Shown here: positions 1 through 12,552 of the stretch, in pieces
Position numbering within the stretch: the stretch's first letter is position 1
Layout: each line of letters starts with the position of its first letter
NCBI GenBank assembly: GCA_035221665.1
Contig: CM069142.1
Coordinates: forward strand, 7,316,001 to 7,380,000
Source of the DNA: Okamejei kenojei
Lineage: Eukaryota
Direction: 5' to 3'
Length of the DNA stretch: 64,000 bases
Notes under the pieces: model-generated
The model's database searches: none
The model's input: the letters and a program-made list of their open reading frames with translations, nothing else
What the model was told of the DNA's origin: nothing
Program-made: the position numbers and the translations under genes

Positions 1-699
1 ATTATTTTAATAGTATCTTAGGAAACAAAGAGAGAAGAATGGACTTAATGTACCAATAACGTGGTAAGTGCATTTCTTAGTCCTTAATTTTTATAAATAC
101 TGTATTTCCCGAGGTGGGGGGAGAGCTCCATTCACAGTGTTTGGGGAATCTAGCATTGTGAAGGAGGGGATTGGGGTCAGTAACCCACTTGCCACGCTCC
201 GGTCTGAGTGCAGGTAGATGGGACTAGGTGAGAGTTAGTGTTCAGCACGGAGTAAAAGGGCGGAGATGGCCTGTTTCCGTGCTGTAATTGCTATATGGTT
301 TTATTGTGGCCGGGGAGTGAATTAGCTTGGGTGGCTGCCGCAGCGCTCCGCGCACGGACAGCCCTGGCCGCCACTTCCGAGGAAGGAAGCAGCTCGGGTG
401 ACTGCCGGTGGCCGCCGGGACCCTGCCACTTCAGCCACTTCAGCCCCTTCTGCTGGTCCCCACTCACCGCTGGCAGTGCTCTCCGTCTGAACATCTCTCA
501 CCTGCCGCTCGCCGGCCGGCTTCCCGCAAATCTTTAAATTCCGACAGCGCGTTCACGGGACCAGTTGAGGTTACTTGGCTGTGGGAATTTAAGGATTTGC
601 GGGACGTGTGAGGCTACAATCAGGACTGCTTTGAATCAGGTTTTGTGTTCGTGTTATAGACACAAGATAAGACACATCCCCCTGTTCCACTTTGCAAGC

Positions 700-970
700 G
701 GTCACAGTCAGAGAGTCATCTTTAGTCAGAGGGTGGTGAATCTGCAGATTTCATTGCCCCAGACGGCACAAAGAGGCCAAGTCAATGGGTATTATTAAAG
801 TGGAGATTGACAGGTTCTTGATTAGTACGGGTGTCAGGGGCTATGGGGAGAAAGCAGGAGAATGGGGTTGAGAGGGAAGCATAGATCAGCCATGATTGAA
901 TGGCGGAGTAGACTCGATGGGCCGAATGGCCTAATTCTGCTCCGATGATTTATGAATTTATGAACTTATG
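700..970 (+). mobile_element. CR1 3' end fragment (copy at about 25570-25838)
   Basis: FSQRVVNL, gggccgaatggcctaattctgctcc, ttatgaa-type tail. Confidence 0.75.
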
Positions 971-1149
971 TCATAGAACTGTACAGCATGGAATCAGGCC
1001 CTTTGGCCCATCTTGTCCAAGTCATCCATGTTGACACACTGGGCCAGTCCCACTTGCCTGCATTTGGCCCATATCCCTCTAAACCCTTTCTTATCCATAT
1101 CTCCATGGTGCATTTCATAGTAGATTTATATCATAACCATATAATATTG

Positions 1150-1297
1150 GGCAACATGGAGGCGCAGCGGTAGAGTTGCTGCCTTACAGTGCCTGCAATG
1201 CCAGTGACCCGCGTTAGATCCCAACTGCGGGTGCTGTCTTTACAGAGTTTGTATGTTCTCCCCGTGACCGCATGGGTTTCCTACGAGATCTCCCACA
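1150..1297 (+). mobile_element. HE1/V-SINE fragment (copy at about 26017-26167)
   Basis: tRNA-like head ggcgcagcggtagagttgctgcc; V-domain tttgtatgttctccccgtg. Confidence 0.75.
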
Positions 1298-1299
1298 CT

Positions 1300-1530
1300 A
1301 GGTGTGAGCGTGGTTGTGAGTGTGTGGGGGTGAGTATGAGACTCGGTGTGGGTGTGTGTGTGAGACTGGATATGAGTGTAGGTGTGAGTATGAGACTGGA
1401 TGTGAGTGTAGTGTGCATGTGCATGGAGTGTAAGTGTGAGTCTGGATGTGAGTGTGAGCGTGGGTGTGGGCGTGAGTGGCCGTGAGTGTGAGTATGTGTA
1501 TGTGTGTGCAGTGTGTGTGTGTGTGTGGGT
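1300..1530. repeat. GT/GAGT-rich simple sequence (also 2195-2420, 26170-26400, 27078-27293)
   Basis: Directly visible. Confidence 0.9.
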
Positions 1531-1546
1531 GCATAGTTATACCTGT

Positions 1547-2192
1547 ACATAGATACATAGACAATAGGTGCAGGAGGAGGCCATTCGGCCCTTCGGGCCA
1601 GCACCGCCATTCAATGTGATCATGGCTGATCATCCACAAAGTACCCCGTTCCTGCCTTCTCCCGACCTCCCTTGACCTCTATCTAACTCTCTTTTGAATG
1701 CCTCGACTGCCTTCTGAGGCAGAGAATTCCACACATCCACAACTCTCCATGTGAAAATGTTTTTCCTCATCTCAGTTCTAAATGGCCTATCCCTTATTCT
1801 TAAACTGTGGTCACTGGTTCTGGACTCCCCCAACATCGGGAACATGTTTCCTGCATCGAGTGTGTCCAATCCCTTAATAATTTTATATGTTACTCTAAGA
1901 TCCCCTCTCATCTTTCTAAATTCCAGTGAATACACACCCAGTCACTCCATTCTTTCATCATATGACAGTCCCGCCATCCTGAGAATTAACCTCATGAACC
2001 TACGCTGCAATCCCGCAATAGGAAGAATGTCCTTCCTCAAATTAGGAGACCAAAACTGCACACAATACTCCAGGTGTGGTCTCACCAGGGCTCTGTACAA
2101 CTGCAGAAGGACCTCTTTGCTCCTTAACTCAGCTCCTTTCGTTATAAAGGCCAACATGCCATTCGCTTTCTTCACTGCCTGCTGTACCTGCA
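1547..2192 (-). mobile_element. CR1 (HER1-like) LINE 3' fragment
   Basis: 'LYRALVRPHLEYCVQFWSP', 'MRGDL...YKI'; flanked by GT-rich simple sequence. Confidence 0.9.
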
Positions 2193-2445
2193 TGGAGTGT
2201 GGGTGTGGGTGTGAGTATAGGTGTGAGTGGAGTGTGAGTCTGATTGTGGGTGTGGGTGTGAGTCTGGCTGTGAGAGTGTGAGTGTGTGAGGGGAGTGTGA
2301 GCGTGTGTGAGAGTGTGAGTGTGTGTGAGAGTGAGTGAGGATGTGAGTCTGACTGTGAGTGTGAGGGGAGTGTGAGTGTGAGGGAGCGTGAGTGTGTGTG
2401 AGTGTGAGTGACTGTGTGTGTACAATGTTACAGAGGGCAGCACTG

Positions 2446-2571
2446 GGGTGGGAGATTGCAACCTTCACGTGGTCCGCCCTGTTTCAACCTGCAATCAACC
2501 TGGTGTGCACAATCAAATAAGATCAAGTTGTCCGACAACTTTAGGCTGTGCGCGCCACACACAAGAAGAAG
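2446..2571 (+). repeat. Short interspersed repeat with (GAA)n tail (also 27318-27443 on +, 40887-41003 on -)
   Basis: Shared core accttcacgtggtccgccctgtttc...ctttaggctgtgc...aagaagaag at three positions. Confidence 0.7.
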
Positions 2572-3214
2572 TAGGGCAGCACTGCCTCTTTTTCCTTCTT
2601 GTGGGGATGAGGCATTAAGTTCTTCTTCCTCGTGTCCGGCCATCTTCTATATCACGTATTTCCAGTCGGTCAATGACGTTGGCGTGGGCGGTTGCACAAT
2701 TGGCTGCTTCAGTCATTCACTGTGGAACAGTTCCTGTCGTCAGCATTGCCCGGGAAGCCCCACGTGGAGGCTTCTGCTTGCATCCCGGTAACGTTCTGAT
2801 GCGCGGCTTCCTGTGAGAGTGTGGGGCTGATCTCATCGTTAGATCTCATCTTTTTCTCGCAGCGTTTTTTTTTCTGGATAGACTCATGAGTAAGAAGCAA
2901 ATAATTGGAATGACATGCGCGTTTATGAGCGCTGCCATATTCACGTGCCGACAGCTGTGAACAGGAAGAGGAACAGGAAGAAATGTTCCCACGGACAGCC
3001 TGCTTCTGTATTTTTGGAATTTTTCAACTCATATCAGCAGGTAACAATCTACTTTCCTGATGTTTTGTATGGGCATTGCTAACTTGATCAGAACCTGGAT
3101 CATAGTTCAGGTTCACAATCTGTAGAACTACACAGCACAGAAACAGGTCTTTATGGGCCTGTTCCACTTATGTGACTGTTCATGCGACCGCTGGAGACCA
3201 TGCAGTCACCACAT

Positions 3215-3972
3215 CAAGTCAAGAGTGTTTTATTGTCTATGTCCCGGACCGGACAATGAAATCCTTACTTGCTGCAGCACAAGAGAATATGTGAATATGT
3301 AAACATAGTACATAACGTGGGAAGAGAAAGAAAAAAAAAATCAAATGTTCAATAAATAACAAAGATAGTGCAATAATAATATAGTCTTTTGCAGCTCAGA
3401 GCTTGTTCGTGGTTGTGTTTAATAGCCTGATGGCTGCAGGGAGGAAGCTGTTCCTGAACCTGGACGTTACAGTTTTCAGGCTCCTGTACCTTCTTTTCTG
3501 AGGGCAATTGTGAGATGAGTGTGTGGCCAGAATGGTGTGGGTCTTTGATGATTTTAGACAATAGACAATCGATGCAGGAGTAGGCCATTCGGCCCTTCGA
3601 GCCAGCACCGCCATTGAATGTGATCATGGCTGATCATCCCCAATCAGTAACCCGTTCCTGCCTTCTCCCCATATAACCTGATTCCGCTATCAAGCTCTCT
3701 CTTGAAAGTATCCAGAGAACTGGCCTCCACCGCCCTCTGAGGCAGAGAATTCCACAGACTCACAACTCTCTGTGTGAAAAAGTGTTTTCCTAAATGCCTA
3801 CCCCTTAAACTGTGGCCCCTGGTTTCTGGACTTCCCCAACATGGGGAACATTTTTCCTGCATCTAGCCTGTTCCAATCCCTTAAGAATTTTATATGTTTC
3901 TATAAGATCCCCTCTCATCGTTCTAAATTCCAGTGAATATAAGCCCAGTCGATCCATTCTTTCATCACATGT
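3215..3972 (-). mobile_element. Adjacent Rex/Babar-like 3' fragment (about 3215-3556) and CR1 3' fragment (about 3559-3972)
   Basis: 'RRYRSLKTVTSRFRNSFLPAAIRLLN'; 'FFTQRVVSLWNSLP'. Confidence 0.75.
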
Positions 3973-4361
3973 CATCTTCTTTCATCAAATGTGGAGGGAA
4001 TGGACAGGTGATGTTCAGGACCTTCCTCAGACCCTTTGTGTTACATTTAGATCAGAGTTCTCAGAATCCCACCTCCGTTGCATACAAGAGTACTGCAAAG
4101 GCCCTTCTGCCCACAATGTATGTGCTGAACAGACCTTATCCTATCCCTCTATTCCCTGCACCTCTATGTGCCTATCTAAAAGCCTCTTCAATACTACTGA
4201 TGTATGTGCCGCCACCACCACCCCTGGCAGCAGCTTCTGGGCACCCAACACTCTCGGTGTAAAACCTTGCTCCGCACAACCCCTTCCCATCCCCCCCCCC
4301 CCATCACCTTATGGCTACGCTTAATATGGTTCTATGCTTAGAGTCAAGGCCAGTAGGTTCT

Positions 4362-4590
4362 GTAATTTGCACGTTCTCCCTGTGACCACAAATGTCTCCT
4401 CCAGGTGCTCCGGTTTCCTCCCACATCACACGACGTGCGGGTTTGTAGGTAACTGGCCTCTGTAAATTGTCCCTAGTGTAAAGGGAGTGGGATGAGAAAG
4501 TGGGATAACATAGAACTAGTGTGAACGGGTGGTCGATGGTCGGAATGGGCTCAGTGGGCTGAAGGGCCTGTTTCCGTGCTGTATCTCTGA
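4362..4590 (+). mobile_element. HE1/V-SINE 3' part (copy at about 29275-29500)
   Basis: tttgcacgttctccc...ggtgctccggtttcctcccaca; CR1-like tail gaagggcctgtttccgtgctgtatctct. Confidence 0.75.
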
Positions 4591-5452
4591 GCTAATGTAA
4601 GCGGATGGCTGTGAATCGTGCTCTCGTTGAGCAGGAGATGTGGACGATACGTTTCCCATTAGTAACGGTCAATGTGGCGGTTTGCTTGCAGGTCCGAGCT
4701 TGGTAGCCGTTGTCTCCAGAGACGTGGTGCTGCCCTGCACATTCCCACCGGCCCCTCTGCCGGAGATTGTGCTGCACTGGATGTACAGTGTGGGCCAAAG
4801 CACCCAGGTGGTGCACAGCTTTTACCGAGGAGCAGATCAGCTGGCTAACCAGGACCCACACTACAAGGGAAGGACGGGACTCTTCCACAGTGAGATAGCG
4901 AGAGGGAATGCATCGCTCCGTCTGACGGCCGTCAGCATCCGCGACGAGAGATTGTACCGGTGTTACGTCAGTACTTCGAGAGGGAAGTGGAGACCAACAT
5001 GGACCTGCAAGTGGCTGGTCAGAACCTCATTTTATATGTCTGTCAGTCCTGTTAGAGTCATCCAGTCACACAGCACGGGAACAGGCCCTTCTGCCCAACA
5101 TGCCCGTGCCGACCAACATGCCCCATCTACACTAGTCCCACCTGCCCGAGTTTGGCCCATATCCCTCTTAACCTTTCCTATCCAAGTACCTGGACAAATG
5201 TCTGTCAAATGCAGTTATTCAGCCAAAGTCGAGTGTTAACAAATCTCATTGTAAGTACTCAACAAAGAATCAAAAAACAAATGCAGAGCAAAGTAAAACT
5301 AAATAAAAAATATGGCGGGGCTGGAACAGGGGAGGTTCAGTTGGTACCTGTGTAGGAAAGAACTACAGATATTGGTTCATACACTGAAGATAGACACACG
5401 ATGCTGGAGTAACTCAGCGGGACAGGCATCATCTCTGGAGAGAAGGAGTGGC

Positions 5453-5486
5453 TGACCTTTCGGATCGAGACCCTTCTTCAGACTGA
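5453..5486 (-). ncRNA. Minimal type I hammerhead ribozyme-like motif in a Penelope terminal repeat fragment
   Basis: - strand reads gtCTGAAGA-a-gggtc-tc-gatcc-GAAA-gGTC-a. Confidence 0.5.
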
Positions 5487-5493
5487 AGTTTTT

Positions 5494-8400
5494 AATAGTA
5501 AGATTAAACGAGAACTTACCAGTTCAAAGTTTGATCGTTATTTTATGAGGAGTTACGATGAGGGATTACGTGAAGAACCCGCCTCACGCTGGCAAACGGC
5601 ATACTTCAAAGCAGCGGCATGAAAAACACAGAACACCAAATAGCCGAAGTAACATAGTTAAGGCTCATAAAAAGACTTAGAACTACCAGATTGATCATTA
5701 TTTTATGAGGGTGGGAGTGGAGGGCACGTAATCCCTCATCGTAACTCCTCATAAAATAACGATCAAACTTCGAACTGGTAAGTTCTCGTTTAATCTTACT
5801 ATTTTACTTCGGAGTCACGTGAGTGACTACGTTGAAGATTTTAAAAGCTTTCTGTGTTTCTTATGTCGTAGTATTTTAATTAGTACGACAGTCCGGCTAA
5901 GTAAATACATACATGAGAAAACCAGACTAATATTAGTTCTTTCCATAATTAACTTTGTAATGGTTTTATAGAACATATAATAACCCTCCCTTATATCCGA
6001 GGGAATGATTACAAGTGGTAAAAGATATAAGTGACTACATAATTGGTTATAGTAATCAATAGTATACAAAGCAGGTGATTATATTGATCCCAACACCAAC
6101 CCGCGTGGCCAAAGTTTGTCATAGTGTGAACAGGTTTATTGTAGAACTTTGAAAAAGTTTCTTCTTTACTCCACCCTGTGATTTTTAAAATATGCTCGAG
6201 TGGTACGTCCCGCACCTTCGCCGCGGATGTAGCTGCAGCCCTGGTGGAGTGAGATTTGAACACATCAGTGTCTACTTCTGCTAAAAGCAACACCTGTTTC
6301 AACCATTTTGAGATAGTTTGAACTGAAGCTTTTGTGTGTGGCTTTTTATGCGTAATCATTAACATTTTTTCATTTCCTCGAAGATTTTCAGTAACTTTAA
6401 CATATTGATCCAAATGTTTAACCACACACAAGTAGGATCAAATAGGATAAGCTTGAAAGGTTACCTTAGCTCCAGATCTCCCTGGTCTGCTTTGTTTGAT
6501 CAGATCGTAAACATAGAACACAACGTTATCTGTAGTCACATGCATACAGTCTAAACGCAACATTTGTAAAGTTTGCACTCTTTGAGCTGAAACCAATGAC
6601 ATTAATATTATTAATTTGAATGTTAATCTTTCCAATGACAATCCTTCAATTGGAGTCCACTGTCTAAGTAAGGTAAGTACAATGCTCACATCCCAAATCC
6701 TCTGTGTATCTAGGTTTGGGTGGATTAATATTAAAGATTCCTTTCATGAATCTAGATATTAGTGGATGTGATCCAATTGATTTCTGGTCAGACATAAGTC
6801 CTAATAAGATGATAAAGGCACTGCGTGCAGTGTGTTAGTGGCACTGTAACTTAAATGTTGCTCAAAATGCAATTTAGCAAGGAGCTCCAATACATTTTCC
6901 ATGCAATTATCACAGTATCACAATATCAAACATTGCAATATTCACCGTAATCATAAGAAATATTTGACTGTGTGCAAAATTCTTCCCATTTCTTAAATAT
7001 GTGTCATATATTGTTTTTGTGTTTTATCTCGCCATGATGCGACTATAACCTCCATAGTTTTGTCGACAATCCCAGCTCCTGTAGTGGTCTGGTCAAAACC
7101 TGCAGATTAATAAATTCATATATGCATATAATGCATACATTTCTTTGGTTACTGGATTAATCAAAATATCACTACAGTTAGGAATTGACATATATGGTTC
7201 TTTAATCATAATTCAGCATTAATGGGAACCAAGGTTTGTGTTGGCCAATTTGGAACTACCAACAATCCTGTGGCAGAATCTTGTTCTATTTCCTTCAGAC
7301 ATTGCTGAACCAAAGCAAAAGGTGGAAAAGCATAAAAGAACATATTCCCCCAGTTCAATGAAAAGCATCTACTGCTACTGCATCTGGATCGTGTTTTCCC
7401 AAGACACATATTTAGGCAATTGATGATTAAGCCTTGATGCAAACAAATCAATTTCTGGTAAACCAAATTGAGTTACAATATTCTTAAATATTGCTGGATT
7501 AAAGCATCCATTCTGTGTTATCTTTAAATATCCCTGATCTTTTATCTGCCACCACATTGTCTTTACCTGGAATGTAGTTTGCTGAAATCCAAATTTGGCG
7601 ATCAATACACCATTGCCATATTTCATTGACCAGACAATCACATGATACTGATCTGACTCCCCCCATGTGATTAATATATGCAACAGCCGTTTTATAATTG
7701 TCTAACTGTATTAATACATGTAAGACCCTTTTTTGAACTGCAATATGCTTTTTAGACCATAGAAAGCACCCAATAACTCTAAATAGTTAATACCATAAGT
7801 TTGAAGAAACGTTTCTTCTTGGACTTTCCATCTACCTCCACAACTGGAGGATGAATCTGTTACCCCCCTCCCCCCCCCCATCCGAGAGCATTAGCATCTA
7901 TTTATAAACAATTTCAGGCTGTTTAATCAGAATGTTTTAGCAGCTTGTGGACATTTTAACCCACCATGGTAATTCAACAAAGCTTCTTTTGTTAATTGCA
8001 TAGGCCTATCAAAGTGGCCTGCCCTCTCTTGAGAGCTCTTATTTTGTCCCTTTGAAGATTTTGATAATGTAATGGACCAAATTCTACTGCAGGAAATGCT
8101 GCTACTAGTTTACCAATAGTTTTCACTACTTCTCGGATGGAAGGATAAGTTTGTGAATGAGATTATTACAAGTCACCAAAAAATCATCAACTTTATCTTT
8201 GTTGGTAAAGTATTAACATAGTCTCTGAGTTAATTACAAACTCCAAATAGTTAATTGATTGTGCTGGCTGCAGCTGGGATTTAATTGGATGATCAAGAAA
8301 CCCAGCTTTAACAAAGCTTTGTACTGAAACTAATTCTCAGCTGACTCTTGATTGCCATAAATGATTAGAATGTCATCGAGATAAGCCATAACGATGTGTT

Positions 8401-10434
8401 TTTTGTACTCTTAATTGGGCTAAAACTGTTTCAACAGTTTAGTAAAGAGCCTGGGAGCTGACTCAATCCATTCGGCAAAGCTTTAAACTGCCATAATAAT
8501 TGTCCCAGCCAATTAAATTTAAGTACCTCCAGAAACTGATGTATTGGTACAGAATAATAGCGTTTTTCAAATCAATCGTAGCCATATAACAACCTGCTGA
8601 TATTAAATATCTTGGCAGTATTAAATGTTTCCATTTAAAAGTTTGTATCTACCACTTATTTAGATCTGTACGGTCCAGAATAATTCTGCAATCACCATCT
8701 TTTTATGTCTTTTGAAATAAGTGTTCATAAGTTTTTTTCAATAACCCCTTTCAGATAATTTGTCAATTTCCACATTAATCTCTGCTTTTCCAATTGCAGT
8801 AAACACGAAAGCATAGGCAGGTTTATCTGTACTGGAGGATTAACCCTTCTTTAAATGTAATAGTGGCTCCTGAAACTGCTTGTAAAAATAAACCGATCAG
8901 AAGTAATAGTAAGCCAGTCTTTATAAAACTTTTGTTAATCTCCCTCCAACTGGAGATTAATCCGCAGTTTCTTTAAGGATAGAACAAGTCTTTAATACCT
9001 CTCCATATGAGCGTGGTGGTCTCCTTTTCCCCGAATACGGGTAAGTATTGGGCCTGTGCAGTACGATAATATTTCCCTTGACATATTTCTGCCTCTATTT
9101 CCAAAATCAAATCCCCTTCTGGGCGAAAAATACCTTTTTTGTCCTAAGACGAAGGTTTCATGCAGCTAAAATTTTTAGTTTCTTCATCCAATTTTTAATA
9201 ATTTAGGCAGATTTACTCCAAACAGATAACCAGGACTTGAACACCACTTGCTCAACACAGGCTTGCAAACCTTGGTGAAATAGGGCCGAATAGCCATTTT
9301 CCTCATACAATAATTTCATAGAAAGAATTGCACAATAGGCCCTCTTTTTTAAACTTATTCCATCTCCCCAGAAGCCATAATGGCAGCAGAAATAATTTGT
9401 GAGGATTTTTGAACCTCACTTCTTGAGCTCTCATATTTGGGGTCATGGATGCCCATATCAACGGATAAACCGTAGGCACTTCCAATGAGGCACAATTTCC
9501 TGTGGCGTTTATAATTCTGATGTTTCAATCATCACAGAATCATGAAGTTGGTGAGATACCATATATTAATGTTGGCAGCTAGGTTTTCTTCCATAGCCTC
9601 ACCACATCCTTCATATATATCAAATTCTTTTGCTATCCCAGGCACATTTGGCCTTTCTTTCTATTTTGTGGTGTGTTTTTTAAATGCAAATCACCATCAG
9701 CAGGGTCTGCCTTCTGCAGCCCTAAAATCAATTGGGATTTCATCCCATGAGACTTATCCTTCGGCCAAATCCTGGGTCCCGGAGTTCCAACTCCCAATTA
9801 GGCCCACAGCCATATTTAGAATAATTAAACCCCTCAGGGCTTTTTTGGGAACCTTCTGGGTACTGTGACCCTAGTCTCATAATTTTTTGGAGAACTTTCT
9901 CCATATGCTCCATTATTAGTTCCACATAGTTTAATTATCTGGAGGACTTTCAGTATCAGAGTCATCAGAACCACGGCCTCTCAGATTTCTTTTACATTTT
10001 TACAGGAGCATTTCTCTCCGTGGTTATAACTTCTGGAGAATCTAGAACTCGCTAACGGGTATATCAGCGGCCACCGTATCGAACCGGATCCGCACTAGCT
10101 TTTTCCCGTATTTTTATTTTCACCCCGGAAGCTCTTTTTACCCGCGAATTTTCTTTGCCGATTTCTCCATTTCTTTCATAATCTGTGCTAAACAGCACTT
10201 TAAACGTGACTCTGACTTTTATTTTACTTACTTTTACTGCTGACCCACCCAGCGTACTCTAAGGAACGTCCCGACTTTGCCCCACTTACCTGCGGGTCCG
10301 TTCCGTACCCGCTGCGAGGAGCTGCTCCTTGTACTGCAGCTCCTCCTTCCGCCGTCAGCGTCGACGTAATGCCCGTTTGCCAGCGCCAGGCGGGCTCTTC
10401 ACATAGTCCACTCACGTGACCTCCGAAGTAAAAT
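5494..10434 (-). mobile_element. DIRS1-like tyrosine-recombinase retrotransposon (gag, RT/RNase H, methyltransferase-like, YR), full length but frameshifted
   Basis: YR motifs 'HSTRAAATS' and 'GWSKEETFSKFY' (ORF 6009-6431); 'IDLFASRLNHQL' and 'FYAFPPF' (about 7200-7500); short inverted repeat 5570-5604 vs about 10365-10402; internal complementary region 5725-5838 matching both termini; AAT at both ends. Confidence 0.93.
5725..5838. other. DIRS internal complementary region (circle-junction template)
   Basis: 5725-5803 is the reverse complement of 5494-5572; 5801-5838 is the reverse complement of about 10397-10434; the halves overlap at ATT (5801-5803). Confidence 0.9.
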
Positions 10435-11322
10435 ACAATTTGGGAAACAAGCAGTATTTTAAATATTATCCAAATCTGTGACTATCTGAAAAAATATGCA
10501 CAAGACTATCACAATATGCCTCCAGACTTACTGGAAGAAGTAATGAATACAAAGGCCAGAATCAGCCAAACCTAATATCATATATATATAATATTATTCT
10601 AATGCAGAAATCACCCAAGCAACATAAGTATCAGGAGAGACTGGAAAAATAATTAAGTAATAAACATTTCCCAAAGAAAGGTGGAATGAATTTTATAAAT
10701 TGCATAAATGTTCAATTAATGTAAGACACACTCTCAAAACCTTAATCAATTTAAAATCCATACACATATTATACTATTCAATAAACTAAAATACATGCAA
10801 GAGTAAACATCAAAAAAGGTACCTAGGTGTTCGGTCCTTGGTAAAGGGGAAGAAAAAACTGTTCGAGTTGGTAGTTCTATTGCGAGATGTTTAAAATAAA
10901 GTAGAAGGGGGTACCCAAAAAGCTGAGAAACTCAGCGGTGCAGCAAGGCATCTAAGGAGCAAGGAGATAGGCGACGTTTCGGTCGAGACCCTTCTCAGAC
11001 TGGTAACTTGGCTTTCTTTTTTCCTTCTCTTTCTTTCCTTTTTTTTCTCCGCTTCAGTGTCCTATCTTTAATCTTCCTTTCTCATAACCTCTTTTTGCCC
11101 AAGGGTTCCCTTTCCCGTGCCACGCTTTTTTCACTTTCACAACTCTTTTTCACCTCTTCTACTTTCTCTGTTGATATTTATTTCTCTTTTCTTTCTTTCT
11201 AAAGCCGTAAAAAAATTAAGGGGTACAATGATGTAAAACAATATAAGGGATGTACACTGATGTAACCTACGGTACCTCTATATAAATAAATGATAAACAA
11301 AAAAAAATATAATAAATAAAAT
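10435..11322 (+). mobile_element. L1/Tx1-clade LINE ORF2 3' fragment and 3' UTR, with a Penelope fragment inside
   Basis: Homologous to 20560-20910 (QYFKY...DYLKKY; KCSINVRH); A-rich end at about 11284-11322. Confidence 0.7.
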
Positions 11323-11985
11323 CCGACAAGGTCCACCAATCCTAATGCCTGGTAGCGGCAAAGAAAATGACAATCTCTTTGCTGAGTAATAAAAGGAGTA
11401 ATTATGCCCCCGTTAAATAAAAGTCGAGAAGACAGAGAATACACAGTTACTTTCTACATAAGATAACCAATACATGTTTCAAATGAGCAAACAGATAATA
11501 ACTTTGTCCCAGGCTCATGCCAATACAGCTGCAACTTCTTAAAGAGACACTCCTTGTAACAGCATGAGACTCTACAAAGATTTATCACGTAAAATGACAA
11601 GCTATTCAATGACATCCTATTTCATCTTAATTATAGAATATTCACATCACCGAGAACCGGTCCACATAGTAAGTAACAGTCTTAAACTCACTATCACCTC
11701 TACACCCCTGTTTTCTACATTCACTTCACAAATTTCCACACCCAATGCATACTGCTAAAACTCAAATATTCACACACGCAATTCAAGACACACGTTAAAA
11801 TCAATAACAATTCTCACTCAGAGTAAAACATATTATGGTACTCCTCAGGAAATCTGCAAAACTCTTAGACTTTGATATATATCGGCGTATGGGCAATAAT
11901 GTCAGTTGACATTCCCCCCCGGGACTTTTGTTGTGGCACTTGTATGGGCATGCACTTAATAATGGCCAGTTGGACTGGAAGAGTT

Positions 11986-12552
11986 AAGGCCTGTCCTAAC
12001 CATCATCCGAGCTCCATGCGGTGAGCGCGACCAACTTGAATCGGGGGCCCGCGCGTAGTCAGTTGATCCCCTGTAACAGGGCCGATCCTACCACAACCGC
12101 CTGCATAGCGCGAGCGCGACCAAATCGGCAGCGGGGGCCGCGCGGAGGTCGGGTGAATGGCGCGAAGTGAAGGCAAGTGGCAGCGAAATTCCCGCAATTA
12201 AGTGTCTTCAAGACAGAGAGGGACACACAGTGAGGGCACGGAGGCACAACAGAGAGAGGGCCACGGAGGCACACACAGAGAGGGTCCATGGAGTCACAAA
12301 TAGAGAGCGGTCACGAGGCCGTGCGTAATGCGCTCGGGCGACTGCGGCCACAGCCGTTGCCGCGCGGGAATTTTTTGACAGGTCAGTTTTCCGGAGCCCC
12401 GCTCGATGTCGGGACCACTCAGTGCACAACTCCGCATGGCTTCCGGCCGATCAAGTGGGACCGGCCCCACGGGCGAGACCGGACAGGCTCAAGCCGACCA
12501 CGTAGGTCGCCGCATCACCGCTTGGAGTCGCATGCTGGTAGGTACGGCCCTT
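11986..12552. mobile_element. GC-rich MITE-like element(s), PIF/Harbinger-like ends
   Basis: Starts taa-ggcctgtcc, ends ggtacggccc-ttta; internal gtgggaccggccc; copy at about 17880-18461. Confidence 0.5.

Larger units (their letters stand above)
2983..5017 (+). pseudogene. Partial duplicate of the HHLA2-like gene: leader exon 2983-3040 and IgV exon 4692-5017 (alt start 4635), with a 1-bp deletion near 4987 and no C/V2/TM exons of its own
   Basis: Same leader peptide; V exon has agggaagtgg versus agggaaggtgg in the intact copy, plus substitutions G>A, L>S, V>M. Homology stops at 5496. Confidence 0.7.
1..5496 (+). repeat. Segmental duplication, copy 1 (matches 24866-30410; extends beyond window start)
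   Basis: Near-identical colinear sequence including the same SINE/LINE insertions; offset 24865 at the window start. Confidence 0.95.

Noticed and set aside
291-611. GC-rich overlapping ORFs (also 25156-25479)
   Set aside because: No recognisable domain or supportable exon structure.
1189-2468. His/Thr-rich and Val/Cys-rich ORFs
   Set aside because: Translations of GT-rich simple sequence and CR1 antisense frames.
6009-6431. Phage integrase / bacterial contamination
   Set aside because: The tyrosine recombinase sits within a DIRS element with RT/RNase H and ICR, embedded in vertebrate repeats.
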